Shown: piece after piece, positions 1 through 13,024 of the stretch
Layout of the letters: the number at the start of each line of letters is the position of its first letter
How positions within the stretch are numbered: position 1 is the first letter of the stretch
Origin: Geosiphon pyriformis uo1
Lineage: Eukaryota; Fungi; Glomeromycota
Assembly: GCA_016748015.1 (NCBI GenBank)
Contig: JAAOMT010000400.1
Coordinates: forward strand, 372,001 to 436,000
Direction of reading: 5' to 3'
DNA length: 64,000 bases
Translations under genes and position numbers: made by a program
The notes under the pieces: model-generated
Seen by the model: the letters and a program-made list of their open reading frames with translations, nothing else
Told to the model about the DNA's origin: nothing
The model's database searches: none

Positions 1-40
1 TAATTGGTGAATTGACTTTTGGTTTCTTTCAAGTAGGTGG

Positions 41-897
41 TATTACAGATGATTATTTGGGATCTCAAATCAAATAACAAATCCATAACTTGGTGCTCAA
101 TATCTTGATAATGTTAATAATATTGGTATGTTGGTTGTATTTGAAGGTTTTTTAGAGTTGAGTCTTTTGTATAATAGACAGAGGTTCAATGATGATGTAG
201 TTGATTGGTAAGTTGTGTTCCCAATTTTTGTCTTCAGTATAGTGGCCAGTTTATTCTGGCAGTCATGCCTTTCTGGTAAGCTATCTGTTAATATATATAT
301 AATTCTACCCTTATTTCTGGGTCTTTTACCAGGCTATCCATGACGTTAATAACTCAGTTCTTTAATCTCTGATCAATTAGTATACAACAATAAAATCAAA
401 GAAAAGAAAAAATAAAAGAAATAAAGAAATGAGCCAAGGCAATGCACAAGTTAGTATTCTATCAATAGCCATGATCAAGAGCTATTGTTCCAGTATGGTT
501 AAGTGTCAATAACTATTAACATAAAGTGTTAATAGTGGAGAGGTGATTGGAAATATTAAACAATAATTATTTATTGATGTGGAAGGTTGTTTAGATTAAA
601 TCTAAACTGAAAAGTCTGTCTTTTTTACTTCTAATGCTACTGTTATATATACATAATTGAGATTCTTCAATTCCTCAATTCTTCACACCAGAAATCTTGG
701 AATTTCTGGAATCCTGCAATTCCTTTTGAGAAGAATCCTGGAATTCTGGAATTTTGCGATTTCTTGTATGAGAATCCTGAAATTTCTGGAATCCTGCAAT
801 TTCTCTTGAAAGGAATCCTGGAATTCCACATTTACTATGGCTACTTCTGATTGGCTAATTTATATCCTAATATATTTCCTATATTCTATGAGTAACA
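41..897 (-). repeat. 3' LTR of element B
   Basis: T(G>A)TTAC...GTAACA termini; near-identical to 12979-13835; PPT at ~898-915; TATA at ~640-654 and CCAAT at ~850 on minus. Confidence 0.92.
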
Positions 898-911
898 TTA
901 TTCCTTTCTTT

Positions 912-1550
912 TTAATATTGAACTCTATCAAGATCTCTCAAATCTCTTAGCTCTAAATTTTCATTCTTGAGTAGTTCTTGGACTTTTTTTCCGAGAATTA
1001 TTTGTGTTATCTTGTTCTGTAATTCTTCAAATTGGGCATTGGTTATTTTTCCCATTTGGTTGACAATAACAGTATCCATTTTAGTGTTGAGCAAAATTTC
1101 TGGTCGATCTTGAAATCCAATATGTAGCCAATAAATGGCTCTTGCTTGTATGGTTAAATTGTTTTTCCCCACAAATTGTTCTAATTGTTGTAGTATTGTT
1201 GTATTAAATAATCGTCTTGTTTTATCCATATATAGATTTTGAATATTCACATATTGTCCCAAGTAAAAGTAATAAAAGTTTCTTGAAAATTGTTGTATCC
1301 ATCAATTCCAGGTTTCTATAGTCAACTCTTGATATTGGGTAATTTTGGGTTGTGTTTCTATTGCCAGTTTCACTTTTGCCATTATTTTGTCAACAGTGTT
1401 TTCTGTTTTTCTCCATACTTTATCTTGTGGTCTTTTTTTGGTGTTTGTGTATCTGATAGTTTGTTGATTAATTGTGATTTCCATTTCTTGTTGTTGGATC
1501 AATTGAAAGAGTTGTTGTGCTAGTAAGTGAATATTGTCAGTAATTTCCAT
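912..1550 (-). pseudogene. ORF3 (post-integrase accessory ORF) of element B, one in-frame stop
   Basis: ORFs 1302-1571 and 912-1262 are in the same frame; similar in position and motifs to 58564-59271. Confidence 0.7.
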
Positions 1551-1610
1551 TTTTTTGCAGTTTTCTATCATGTTTACTATGTCTTTATATACTTTTTTTA
1601 TTGTTCAATT

Positions 1611-2987
1611 TTACATGTTTGGTTTGATGATGATGATTGGTTTCAGATCTTGTGGAATCTCATCTGGTTGTACTAGTATTTTCTGTACTTCTAATTGTGG
1701 AATATTACTGATAGATGGTAATACTATATGGTAATATGATTTCAGTCAATCACTATGTGCTGCTTTGGCTAAGATTTTGTTGTCTTATCTTAATTTATAA
1801 GCTCCATTTCCAAGAATTTTTTTTATGTGAAATGGTCCATCCTATTTGGAGTCAAATTTTTCACTTCATTGTTTTTCTGCTTTAGTATGATATAAAAATA
1901 CTTTGTCTCCGATCTTGAATTCAACTGGTTTATCTGGTAGTTGGTTATCGTGTCTTTTTTTTTGTTTCTCTTGTGACTTTTGAATGTTATCAGCTGCTTT
2001 TTATCACTTGTTTTCTAGAGTTTCCATCAAGTCATATGTTCTTCTTAGCAACATTTCTTGAAAATTATCTTTAGTTATTGGTTCTACTGAATAAGTATTG
2101 ATCTCTATGTCAACTGACAATGTTGCTGTTTTACTGTATACTAATTCAAATGGTGTTGCTTGTGTAGTGTCTTGCTTCATTGTTCAATAAGCAAATAATA
2201 CTGATGGTATGAACAAATCCCATTCGTCCTGGTTTTCTTGACTGATCTTGGCTATTGCTTTATACAATGTTCTGTTAAATCTTTCAATTAACCCATTTGT
2301 TTATGGATGGTATGGTAATAATAATGGTCTTTTGATTCCAAATCTTTGACTTAATTCTGCTAATGTTCTATTTACAAAGTGAGTTCCTTAATCTGATAAT
2401 AGTTTTTTTGGACATTCGTGTTGACAGATTAAATCTTGGTGAATGAATTTAACAACAGATTCTGCATCTGCTCTTTGAATGGCTTTTGCTTCTGGCCATT
2501 TAATGAGATAATCCATGGCTACTGCAATGTATCTGTTGCCTTTGTTGGTTATTGTTAATGGTCTGACTAGATCAATTCCAATTCAATCAAATAGTTGTTC
2601 CACTTTAATTGGTCTTAATGATTCACTTGGTCTTGCTCCTTCTCTTTTCTGGAAAGCATTACAATTTTGAACATATTGGATGATGTCTAGATACATTGTT
2701 GGCCAATAGTATCTTTTTCTAGTTCTTTCCATGGTTGCTTTTTTATGAAAATGTTCTGCTGTTGGGTCTAAGTACATATTAAACAATATTGTTTCTTTCT
2801 CTGGTTCTGTAATTATTCTTGTTGGCTGGTCTGGATTTCTTCTGTTTTTCTGGTACAGTATATTTTGATGACTGATAAAATATTTTGATTGTTGTTTTAT
2901 GTTGTTTTGTTCTTTTTGAGATAATTTTTCCTTAAACAATTGTGTATTTATATAATGTTGGAATTGTTGGTATTTTTGTATATTCAT
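1611..2987 (-). pseudogene. Integrase of element B (HHCC, DDE core, GPF motif), own ATG
   Basis: MNIQKY...AEHF...YYWP...C..(C)Q; GIDLV, KWPEAKA, SD.GTHF, YHP.TNGLIERFN, GPFHI; multiple stops. Confidence 0.88.
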
Positions 2988-3022
2988 CTTTTGTTATATT
3001 TTTGGATTGAACTGTTTTTTTT

Positions 3023-6000
3023 TTAGATTTGTCTCATTTTTGACAATCCATCAGCATTTCCATTGTTTTTTCTCTTTTTATAATATACTGTATAATTGAA
3101 TGGTAAAAGTTCTATTTTCTATCTAGCATGACAATTGTCTGCAAATTCTTGTTTCTGGATTGAAGTCAATCTTTTGTGATTAGTATACACATCAAACTTT
3201 TGACTCAAGTATTCTTTCTATTTGATAACAGCCCAATAGATAGCTAAGTGTTCTAGTGCTGAAGTTTCATAGTTCTTTTCAGCTGAACTTAAGCTTTTAC
3301 TGACATAAGCTACTAGATACTTTCTTCTATTTGGTCCTCTTTGCAATAGTACTGCTTCTAATGCTTGATCAGATGCATCGGTTGTAATTATGAATGGCTT
3401 GCTATGATTTGAATAGATTAATACTGGGGCTTGAATAAGCTTTCTTCTTAACATATCAAAAGCTTTTTGTTGAGTTTCAATCTATTTGTATTTGGTGTTC
3501 TTTGTTTGGAGTTGGTGTAGTGATTGAGCTATTTTGAAAAAGTCCTTGATAAAGTGGCAATAATAGCCTGCAAATCCCAAGAATGTTCTTAGTTTTATTA
3601 AGTTAGTTGGTACTGGAAAGTTTTTTACTATTGTAATCTTGTTTGGATCTGTCTTGATACCATCTTTGCTCATCACATGTCCTAAAAATTTGAGTTCAGT
3701 TTTCTCAAAAAAATACTTGTTTGCATTCAGCTTCAATTCTGCTTTTCTCAATCTTTCAAATACTTGTTAAAAATAATGTAGATGGTCATCAAATGTCTTG
3801 AAGAACACATTTGTGTTGTCTAAGTATACAACAACTGATTTCTATAGTAGCCTAGTATATACAATTTCTATGAGCTGTTGGAATGTTGCTGGTGTATTCA
3901 TCAAGCCGAATAACATTACTTCAAATTCAAAGTTTTCTTCCTGAATTATAAAAGCCATTTTTTTCTTGTCTTCTGGCTTCATTGCTATTTGTCAGTAACC
4001 ACTGTCTAAGTCTAGTGTCGAGAACCATTTATTTCCTCCAAAAACATCAAACAGCTCTTGAATCTTGGATGTTGGATAGCTATCTTTTTTGGTTACTCTA
4101 TTTAGTTTCCAGTAATTCACACAAAAACGGATTTTCCCATTTTTCTTTCAGACTAGTACCACTGGTAATGATCATGAACTCATTGATGGCTGAATTAGCC
4201 CATTGTCAAGCATCCAATTGATTTCTTGACAAATAATCTCATGGCTAGCTGGTAGTACTCTGTACACTTTTTGTTTAATTGACATTGCATCTTCAGTCTT
4301 AATCTGATACTAGATGATGTTGGTGTGACCAAATTCATTTTTGCTAGCAAAGATGTCATTAAAATTGCTGAGTAATATTCTTAGTTGTATCTGTTAGAGT
4401 GAGTCTAAATTCCCCATGTTTATCTGTTTCAATTGTTCTGGTTGGAGCAGATAACATTTGTTTTGTCCATAGATGGTTTGTGATATAATGTCCACATATC
4501 TGCAAAGCTGTGAAAAATCTGGAATGTGATTTAGTGGTTGATCTTCAACTTCGGTAGTTAAATATCCAATGATAGTTTTCTTTGGTATTTCAATGACACT
4601 TTCCGCTGTGTTGTAGATGGAAATTTTGATGTTTTTGGGACTTTTGGCTAATATGTAGAAATTAGTGAGTCCAATTTCTCCTGATTCACAAATGGTGGCT
4701 TCTGCTTTAAACAACTGAGCTTGATTCTTTACTTCTCTTTTTATGGCTAACATATATTGGTCATATGGTGAAATGGAAATTGATTGATGGATTGAGATAA
4801 TTTTTTTTTTGTTAATAATTTTTTTTTCTGCCATATTAACTAATATATCTATTCTACCCATTGATCCAAATCTCTGTATCCCTCTAACAGTAATTCCTAA
4901 TTCTTCCCTGTTTCTTATTGACATTAATTGAGCTATTTTCACCAGAAGTAGAAATATTGCCTGTGCTATCTTTTCATTTGGATCTATGGTATATGCTTTT
5001 TCTGAATTATTTTGTAGCATAGCAATAATATTTTCTATGTATTTTGCATTAATTATTCCTCCTCTAATGTTGATCCTTTTTTTTGCTAAACTACTTCTGA
5101 ATGCTAGTTGAACCATGGTTGTTGCTGAAATTTCCAGTGCTATTTTCAGATTGATACAAGTGCACAAATGTGGTTCCAATTTGATGGGATTTTTCCCCAA
5201 ATATCTCAGATCAAACTCTGCATCAGTATTATGTGTGTGTTCAGGTATGATACCTTCATTATTATTGCTGAACCATTTCAGTTTTTGTTCTTTAGTGAGA
5301 TCAGGGAGTGCAATATATGTTTTGGGGTTTGAATTGGAGTTTGAATCTAAGTTGCAATTGCTGTTATTGTGGCCATATTAGACTGAGCTGAAACCATTGT
5401 TTTTGTTGTCATTGTTGTCAGAGTTTGAATTGGGATTAGGAATTGATTTCAATTCTGATGCGCAGCTGCTTATTGGTTCGTCTTCTTCTGAGATCATGTA
5501 GATCATGCATGGTGGTGGATTGTAAATGAGGTCACACTCATTACAATATTGGAAGTCACAGGGAATTAAGCAATGTTGACATAATCAAGTATTTAATTGC
5601 TCTAAGCATTGCTCTTGCTCTTCTCTTGTGGGCACTAGTTCCTGATAGTGTTCATGGAATTGTTCCAGATCTAGAAGATTTATGACTGGTTCTGGGTCCC
5701 AGTCAAGTTTTATAAGTTCTGGTGAGTTGTTTTTGATTTCTCTGATTTCTTTAGGTGACGCTCCTTCTATCTTGACTATTGTCATTCTTCATATCTTGTC
5801 ATTGTTGTGTGAACAACTGTCTAATTACTGTACAGCTTTTCTCCAGGTGGCTTCTATTGGTGTTTTTTTCTTAACCCAGTCACTGATGAGGATTGTGTAC
5901 TGGCATAAAGTGTTGCACATTCTTCTTCGACCAGGAATATCATTCCATATTCCTTCATTAAGTAAGGTTTTCTCACAAGCTAAACAAGGTTTGTTGTCCT

Positions 6001-8607
6001 ATTTTTTTTACTATTTTGGTCATCCAAAGCATTCTATAATGCATGTGTGGCAGTAAAATTTGGTCGCCATTTGGTATTTCTCATTGTTGTCACAGCATGT
6101 GCCCATTAATGACAATGTCTTGCCACAATTAATGATATCAGCTTTGGTCGATGATAGCTCAATCATTGGGATAGTGTATACATGTAAGGGGTGTAAATAG
6201 CAGTTGGTAGTGGCTTTACTTTCTTTGCTTTTCCTTTCCTTTTCTCTCTTTCATCCCATTCCTAAGTTGTCAGTTCTTTTAAATCATGGTTGATTTTTCA
6301 GTTTTGGTCAGCATTCCAGGTAAGTTCCTCTCTCTGCTTTCCTTTGCTGTTGTTGTTTCACAAAGATATTGGCAGCAGCTCATTGTGTTTTGTGTTGGCC
6401 CAGGAAATTTGGTAGGCTTCTCATGTAGGTTTTTTCTTTTCTTTTTTGAATTTGATGAATAGTGTTGTCAAGTTAGTAGTCTTGAAATGGCCACATGTGG
6501 CTGGTACATGTATGTGTCAACTGTTTTGGCTAAGTTGGAGCTCCTGTATTGTCCAGTCCAGTATGGCATTGGTTTTAGATAACCAGTCATTTTCTATTAA
6601 TGCCTGATATTGAGTTGTTTTCATTACTAGGACTTTGATGGGAATGATGATGCCATTGACTTCAAAAGAAAAGTCATCAATTTCACCAATAGGGGTTTTG
6701 GTTGCCCCATCAGCTGTAATTATACAAGCACTAACAGCGCAATCAATTCAGTAACTTAATTGGTCCATAAGTTGTTATGTAATAATGCTGTCAGCTGATC
6801 TACTATCTAGGATTAGTTTGATGATGTGGTTATCAACTTTTGTGTCAGTATACATAGTGGTGATTGGTTTGGTGTCAAGAGTAGCTCCACTGAATAATGA
6901 AACTGGTGTGATTTTCTTGAGTTCGAAAGGAAAAATAGCTGCTAAAGATTTGTCATTGGAAATGGTTGCTGGTGGAATATTACTGGTAAGTGACTGTTTC
7001 GGGTTGGATTCCAGATTATTAGATATGACGTCTTCTGGGGTAACCAAGAGACTTAAATAGTATTGGGAATTCGAGTTTTGGGCATGCCCAGTTCCCAAAT
7101 TCTGAGAGTGTAATCCTGTTGGTGAGTGGGAGGAACTGGGGATTGGTTGGTAGACAACCATCACCGATTTCCAGTTTTGAGTGACTTTTGATCTGGGGTT
7201 TCCTGATGTTATTTGAGCTGGGTTTGGTGGTGGTGTTTGAAGTTGCTGAGTTTGATAAATTACTGGTGGCTGTAGTTAATATATTGCTGGTGACTGTGGT
7301 TAATAAATTAGAGGTTGATATACTGGTGTTTGATAAATTGGTTGCTGTGTCATTAGTAGGTAATTCTGATGATAGTGCTCGAAGTTTGGTGGGTTATTTG
7401 GAGTTTGAAACCAGCAATCAGGATTTCGATATTGATTTTCTGATTATTGATTATTTAAACAATAGTAGCAGTTAATTTGTAAGTGTCCTTGTTTACTGCA
7501 ATAGTGATAAACACACATTTCTTGTTGCCACTATTGATTGGTTGATGATATTAGACGTGATTGATTATGGAAATGATTAGAGTTTTCTTGATTATTGCAT
7601 TGCTGTGGAGTTTGATAGATTGCCTGATTATTGTTAGCTAAGTATTTCTCTAATTTCTGATTTATTGATTCGCTAAATTGCTTTAATTTGGAATCTAAGT
7701 CAAATAATCTATTCATTACTAAATTTACTGCTTGGGTGTGGTTGGCTTCTAATTCAGTGGTTTCAAAATCTCTAGTGTTTGTAATGGCTGCTTGTAAATC
7801 AACGGGATGCATTGGGCATACACATTGCAAGATGCTACTGCATAATCTGCAAATAAACTGATTTAGGATCTGGGACACTGTGAAATAATTGGCATTAATG
7901 GCTTGAATCTGGCACAGATTTCTATAGAAGCATCCTAAGTAAGTAGTAACTGTTTTGGTTTCTTCTTGTTTGATGGTAGTGAATGTGTTTGCTAGGTGGT
8001 TAATGCTGTTATTATTACTAAAATATCCCAGGAATGCAATTTTGAATTCCTGAAATGTTTGAAGTTTAGTGACTAAACTTTAATATCATAAGTTGGCAGT
8101 ATCTTGTAAGAAATAGGAGATGGCTTGGAGTGCTCTCGCATTATTCTATCCATTGGTCATGATGGCCTTTTCAATGTCATTGAGCCAGATCTGGGCATTG
8201 TCTTCTTTGCCAGTGAACTTTTTGAGTTTTGCTATTGGAGTGTAGACTATTGGATCCAAGTTTGGTTGTTAAAGTTGTTGTTGTTATGGCTGTTAAAGCA
8301 GCTGTTGTAGTTGTTGAAGAGGTACTAGCAGCAGTTGGATTTGCAGATCTGGTTGTTGTAATGATTGGCCAATTGGTTCAATTGGTTAATTAATTATGAT
8401 TATGTGTTGTTGATTAATTAAATCGGGGTTTTGTTTGTTTTGATTTGTTGGTGGTTGAATATTCGGAGTTTCGACTTCTGGATTTTGATTTTGCTACATC
8501 TAAAAGTTCGGGGTTTCAATGTCTGGGTTTTCTGGGATTAGGTTCTGATAAGTAAATTTTTAATCTTTAGATTCTTCTTTTTCTTCCTGTTCCTCTTCTG
8601 ATTTCGT
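3023..8607 (-). pseudogene. gag(C-term)-protease-Cys-rich-dUTPase-RT-RNase H of element B
   Basis: LILDSRSA protease motif, dUTPase motifs, FG(L)MNTPATFQ, VVYLDN, FLGH, TDAS...KNY...LE.LAI.WA; ends LSKMRQI*. Confidence 0.88.
4856..5283 (-). pseudogene. Trimeric dUTPase domain in pol of element B
   Basis: DAEFDL, RSSLAKK, GGIIN..Y, KIAQ, RG.QRFGS.G motifs I-V. Confidence 0.85.
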
Positions 8608-9869
8608 TGTTACAGATGATTATTTGGGGTCTCAAAGCAAATAACAAACCCATAACTTGGTGCTCAATTGATATAATGTTGTTGGTAATATCTAAAGATG
8701 TTGTTTTATCTGAAGGTTTTGTTGTGGAGTCCTTTGTATAATGGACAGAAATTCATTATGGTTGGTTTTGGTTGATTTCTCAAGTCGTTTTCTCAATTTC
8801 TGTTTTCAGCTTGGTGGCTGGTTTATTCTGGCAGTTATGCTCTTCTGGTAAGCTATCTGTTAATATATATAATTCTATCCTTATTTCTGGATCTTTTACC
8901 AGGTTATCCTTAACATCAATTACTCAGTGTTTAATCTTTTTAATCAGTAGTAAGTCAACAAACAAAAAAAATAAAATAAAATAAAATAAAATAAAAAGAA
9001 AATAATAAATTAGAAATAAGCCAAGGCAATTCAAGTTAGTATTCCGTCAATAGCTGTGATCAAGAGCTATTGTTCTAGTGTGGTTAAGTGTTGGATTTTA
9101 TCAACATGAAATGTTAATAAATAGAAGAGTGATTATATTTTCAAACAAATGACAATAACATGGATTTAAAGAATTGGAGAGATCTTTTATTTATATAATT
9201 TTATTTTGGTTGATAGCAACTATCCTTGAAATAAGGGTTAATAAATAAAGAAGAAAGAATATTGTTCTAAATTAATAATAAAACTCTATTGAATTCTCCA
9301 AGAATTATTTTTTCTGCTTTTAATACTTTCACTATATATATATAATTTATGTTATACAAGATTCTGCACATTTATGAACAATATGCCATGATTTTTCAAG
9401 CAATGCTTATATTGCTGAGCAATGTGCCTGTAATTTCTGACAATGTGCTCATTGCTGAACAATGTGCTGTGATTTTCTGACAATGTTTTATATTGCTGAG
9501 CAATGTGTTTATGTGCTAAATACTATTCTCTTATTGGTCTATTTTCTTTATCTGTTTTTCTTACTATTTTTTTGTATTCTTTTTCTATGAGTAACATTAT
9601 TTTCTCTTTTAATATTGAGCTTCTGCAAAATCTTCTAAATTTTTCTTTTGTATTAATATTGTTGCTGTAATTTCTATTGCTATTTGTAAATCTAATTTTA
9701 TACATGACTGGGATTTTTAACTATAGTGGTCTATCCAGAATATCAATTTCAAATCTTGCATCTGTATTATGTGCATGTTCAGACATAATGCCCTTATTAT
9801 TATTACTGAATTTAGTTAATTTTTGCTCTATTGTAAGATCTAGAAGCATGATATATTGTTTGGTATTTG

Positions 9870-10070
9870 AAGCAGAGTTTGAATTTGTTGTTGGCAGAGT
9901 TTAAATTGTCGTTGTCATTAGTGGAGTTTGAATTGTTGTCATCATCAGCAGAGTTTGAATCATTGTTGTTATTAGCAGAGTTTGAATCATTGTTGTCATC
10001 AGCAGGGTTTGAATTATTACTGTCATTAATGGAGTTTGAATTATTGCTGTTATCAGTGAAGTTTGAATTA
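9870..10070. repeat. 27-bp tandem repeat, ~7 copies (NSADDNNDS on minus)
   Basis: Unit starts at 9897, 9924, 9951, 9978, 10005, 10032, 10059. Confidence 0.9.
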
Positions 10071-10279
10071 GGATTAAGTTCCGATTCCAATTCCAATTTG
10101 TTCTCACTAATTGGCTCTTTTTCAAATATATGATACATAGGAGTAGATTGTGACTACATTTCAATATTCTGACTCAGGGCCATCAAGTGAGTTTTGCTGA
10201 TTTATTGGTACTGTGAGAATTAGGTTTAATTGGGTTATCGGAGATAAGTTTTTTTGTATAATCACAGAGTTTAGAATTT

Positions 10280-11145
10280 TATCGGACTTCAAATGTTTGG
10301 GTTTTTGAATAATTCCCAGAGTTTGAATTGCTAGAGGTTTAACAAGTTTTATTGACGGTAAGTTTTTTTGTACGATAGCAGAGTTGAAATTATTGGGTTT
10401 CGAATGTTTGGGTTTTTTGAATGATCAGTTTTTGAATAATCGAAGTTTTAATTTAATGAGTTTTAACGAGTTTATCAAAGATAAGTTTTGAATGTTCAGG
10501 GTTTTAATAATTAGGTTTTGAATAAATGGAGTTTTAATTTAACAAGTTTTAATGAATTTATCAACAGTATGTTTCGAATGTTCGGGGTTTTAACGATTGG
10601 GTCTTGAATTATTGGAGTTTTAATTTAATGAGTTTTTAATGAATTTATCAATGGTAAGTTTCAAATGTTCGGGGTTTTAATGATTGGGTTTTGAATAAAT
10701 GGAGTTTTAACAAATTTATTAATGGTATATTTTGAATGTTTGGGGTTTTAATGATCAGGTCTTGAATAATTGGAGTTTAATTTAACAAGTTTTTAACAAA
10801 TTTATTAATGATAAATTTCAAATGTTCAGAGTTTTAATAATCAGGTTTTGAATAAACAGAGTTTTAATTTAATGAATTTTTAATGAATTTATCAACAATA
10901 ATTTTCAAATGTTTGGGATTTTAATGATCAGGTTTTGAATAAACAGAGTTTTAATTTAACAAATTTTTAACGAATTTATCAATAGTATTTTTCGAATGTT
11001 CAGAGTTTTAATGATCGGGTTTTAAATAATCAAAGTTCTTAATTTAATGAAGTTTAACGAATTTATCAATGGTAATTTTCAAATGTTTGGGGTTTTAATG
11101 ATTAAGTTTTGAATAATCAGAGTTTTAATTTAATGAGTTTTTCAA
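10280..11145. repeat. ~87-bp tandem array, ~9-10 copies
   Basis: AATGTTCGGGGTTTTAA-like anchor at 10403, 10491, 10577, 10664, 10735, 10821, 10908, 10995, 11082. Confidence 0.9.
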
Positions 11146-12268
11146 AGGTAATGGTGAAATAAGGATTTCATGAATCCTAAGTAATTTTTCCTTGTTTTCT
11201 CTTGGTCTGCCACTTTTTTGCATGGTTGTTGTTGGTATTGGTTTTCTGTTGGATTATACCTCACAGAAAGCACCAAATATTACTGATAATTATTTGGGGT
11301 CTCAAAGCAAATAACAAACCTGTAACTTGGTGCTCAATTGATATAATGTTGTTGGTAATATCTAAAGGTGTTGTTTTATCTGAAGGTTTTGTTGTGGAGT
11401 CCTTTGTATAATGAATAAAGATTCACTATGGTTGGTTTTGGTTGATTTCTCAAGTCATTTTCCCAATTTCTGTCTTCAGCTTGGTGGCTGGTTTATTCTG
11501 GCAGTCATGCTCTTCTGGTAAGCTATCTGTTAATATATATAATTCTACTCTTATTTCTGGGTCTTTTACCAGGCTATTCTTGATATTAATTACTCAGTGT
11601 TTAATCTTTTTAATCAGTAGTAAGTCAACAAACAAAAAAAATAAAAATAAAAATAAAAAAAAATAAAAATAAAAAAATAAATTAGAAATAAGTCAAGGCA
11701 ATTCAAGTTAGTATCCCATCAATAGCCATGATCAAGAGCTATTGTTTCAGTGTGATTAAGTGTTAGATTTTATCAACCTAAAATGTTGATAAATGGAAGA
11801 GTGATTATATTTTCAAACAAATGACAATAACATGGATTTGAAGAATTGGAGAGATCTTTTATTTATATAATTTCATTTTGGTTGATAGCAACTATCCTTA
11901 AAATGAGGGTTAATAAATAGAGAAGAAAGAATATTGTTCTAAATTAATAATAAAACTCTATTGAATTCTCCAGAAATTACTTTTTCTGCTTTTAACACTC
12001 TTGCTATATATATATAATTTATGTTATACAAGATTCTGCACATTCGTGAGCAATATGCTATGATTTCTCAAGCAATGCTTACATTATTGAGCAATGTGCC
12101 TGTAATTTCTGACAATGTGCTCATTGCTGAACAATGTGCCGTGATTCTCTGACAATGCTTCACATTGCTGAACAATGTGCTCACATGCTAAATACTATTT
12201 TCTTATTGGTCTATTTTCTCTATCTGTTTTTCCTACTATTTTCTTGTATTTTTTTTTTATGAGTAATA

Positions 12269-13024
12269 CTGTTATTTCCCAGGGACTTGTGGTTCTGAAA
12301 TCTGGCTGAGGTGGTGGTGATCGAAATCCTGATAGTATTGGCAATTGCAATTTAAATCCTTCAAAATAATCACTGTAGATTCCTAGTAATTCTGCTTTTT
12401 TTTGTTTACTTTAAAATGGAAATTGTTCAAATGTTGATGTTACATGTAATGTTGACGCACCTGTTGATGAGATGTTAATGGTGCTTCTTGGTGTGTAATA
12501 GTATGATGAATTGGTTGGTAATTCACTCTGGTTTTTTTCTAAGTGAATAATTGTATTTGTTTTGGTGTTACTACTGGTGTTTGCAATCTTCCTTTGCTTT
12601 TGTCTGCATAAGTGATGGGGAATTGTTGTTGTGTGTATCTTTCAATGATTTGATTAATTTCCCTGATAATTGGGGCAAAACTGTAGTTTCTTGGAAAGCT
12701 GGTATGTTGAAATAATTCTGTATAAAAGTTTTCTCTTGTGGATTCAATGTCAACTGTTCCTTCTAAGCAGTCTGTGATTTTATTGTTGACGTAGAAGTTA
12801 AAGGCTGATTCTGCTGAGAAGTGGTTATTGTTTAATTCTAATTGTTGACTATACTGTTGAAACAAAGATTTGGCGAATCCTAAATGGTTTGTTTCTATGA
12901 TTTCTGATTCTACTACTTTTAGATGATTGTTGTTGGTGCCAGTTCTCTGTATGATTATATCTCATAGAGAGCACCAAATGTTATAGATGATTATTTGGGG
13001 TCTCAAATCAAATAACAAATTCAT
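12269..13024 (-). pseudogene. gag N-terminus of element B, starting inside the 5' LTR
   Basis: ATG at 13024 reads MNLLFDLRPQIIIYNIWCSL*DIIIQRTGT... in frame with ORF 12539-12865. Confidence 0.7.

Larger units (their letters stand above)
8608..12268 (-). mobile_element. Non-autonomous LTR retroelement (element C) inserted in gag of B
   Basis: ~990-bp LTRs at 8608-9596 and 11278-12268; PBS at ~11259-11277; PPT at ~9597-9612; TSD TCGT/CTGT (both derivable from CCGT); removing it restores gag PWEITESE; no RT or IN inside. Confidence 0.9.

Noticed and set aside
779-791. Perfect heat-shock element GAAnnTTCnnGAA in the U3 of B
   Set aside because: Sister repeats read GGAATTCCTGGAA, so the match is most likely produced by deamination
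10280-11145. CRISPR-like array
   Set aside because: Whole units repeat with no unique spacers; no cas genes; eukaryotic retroelement context
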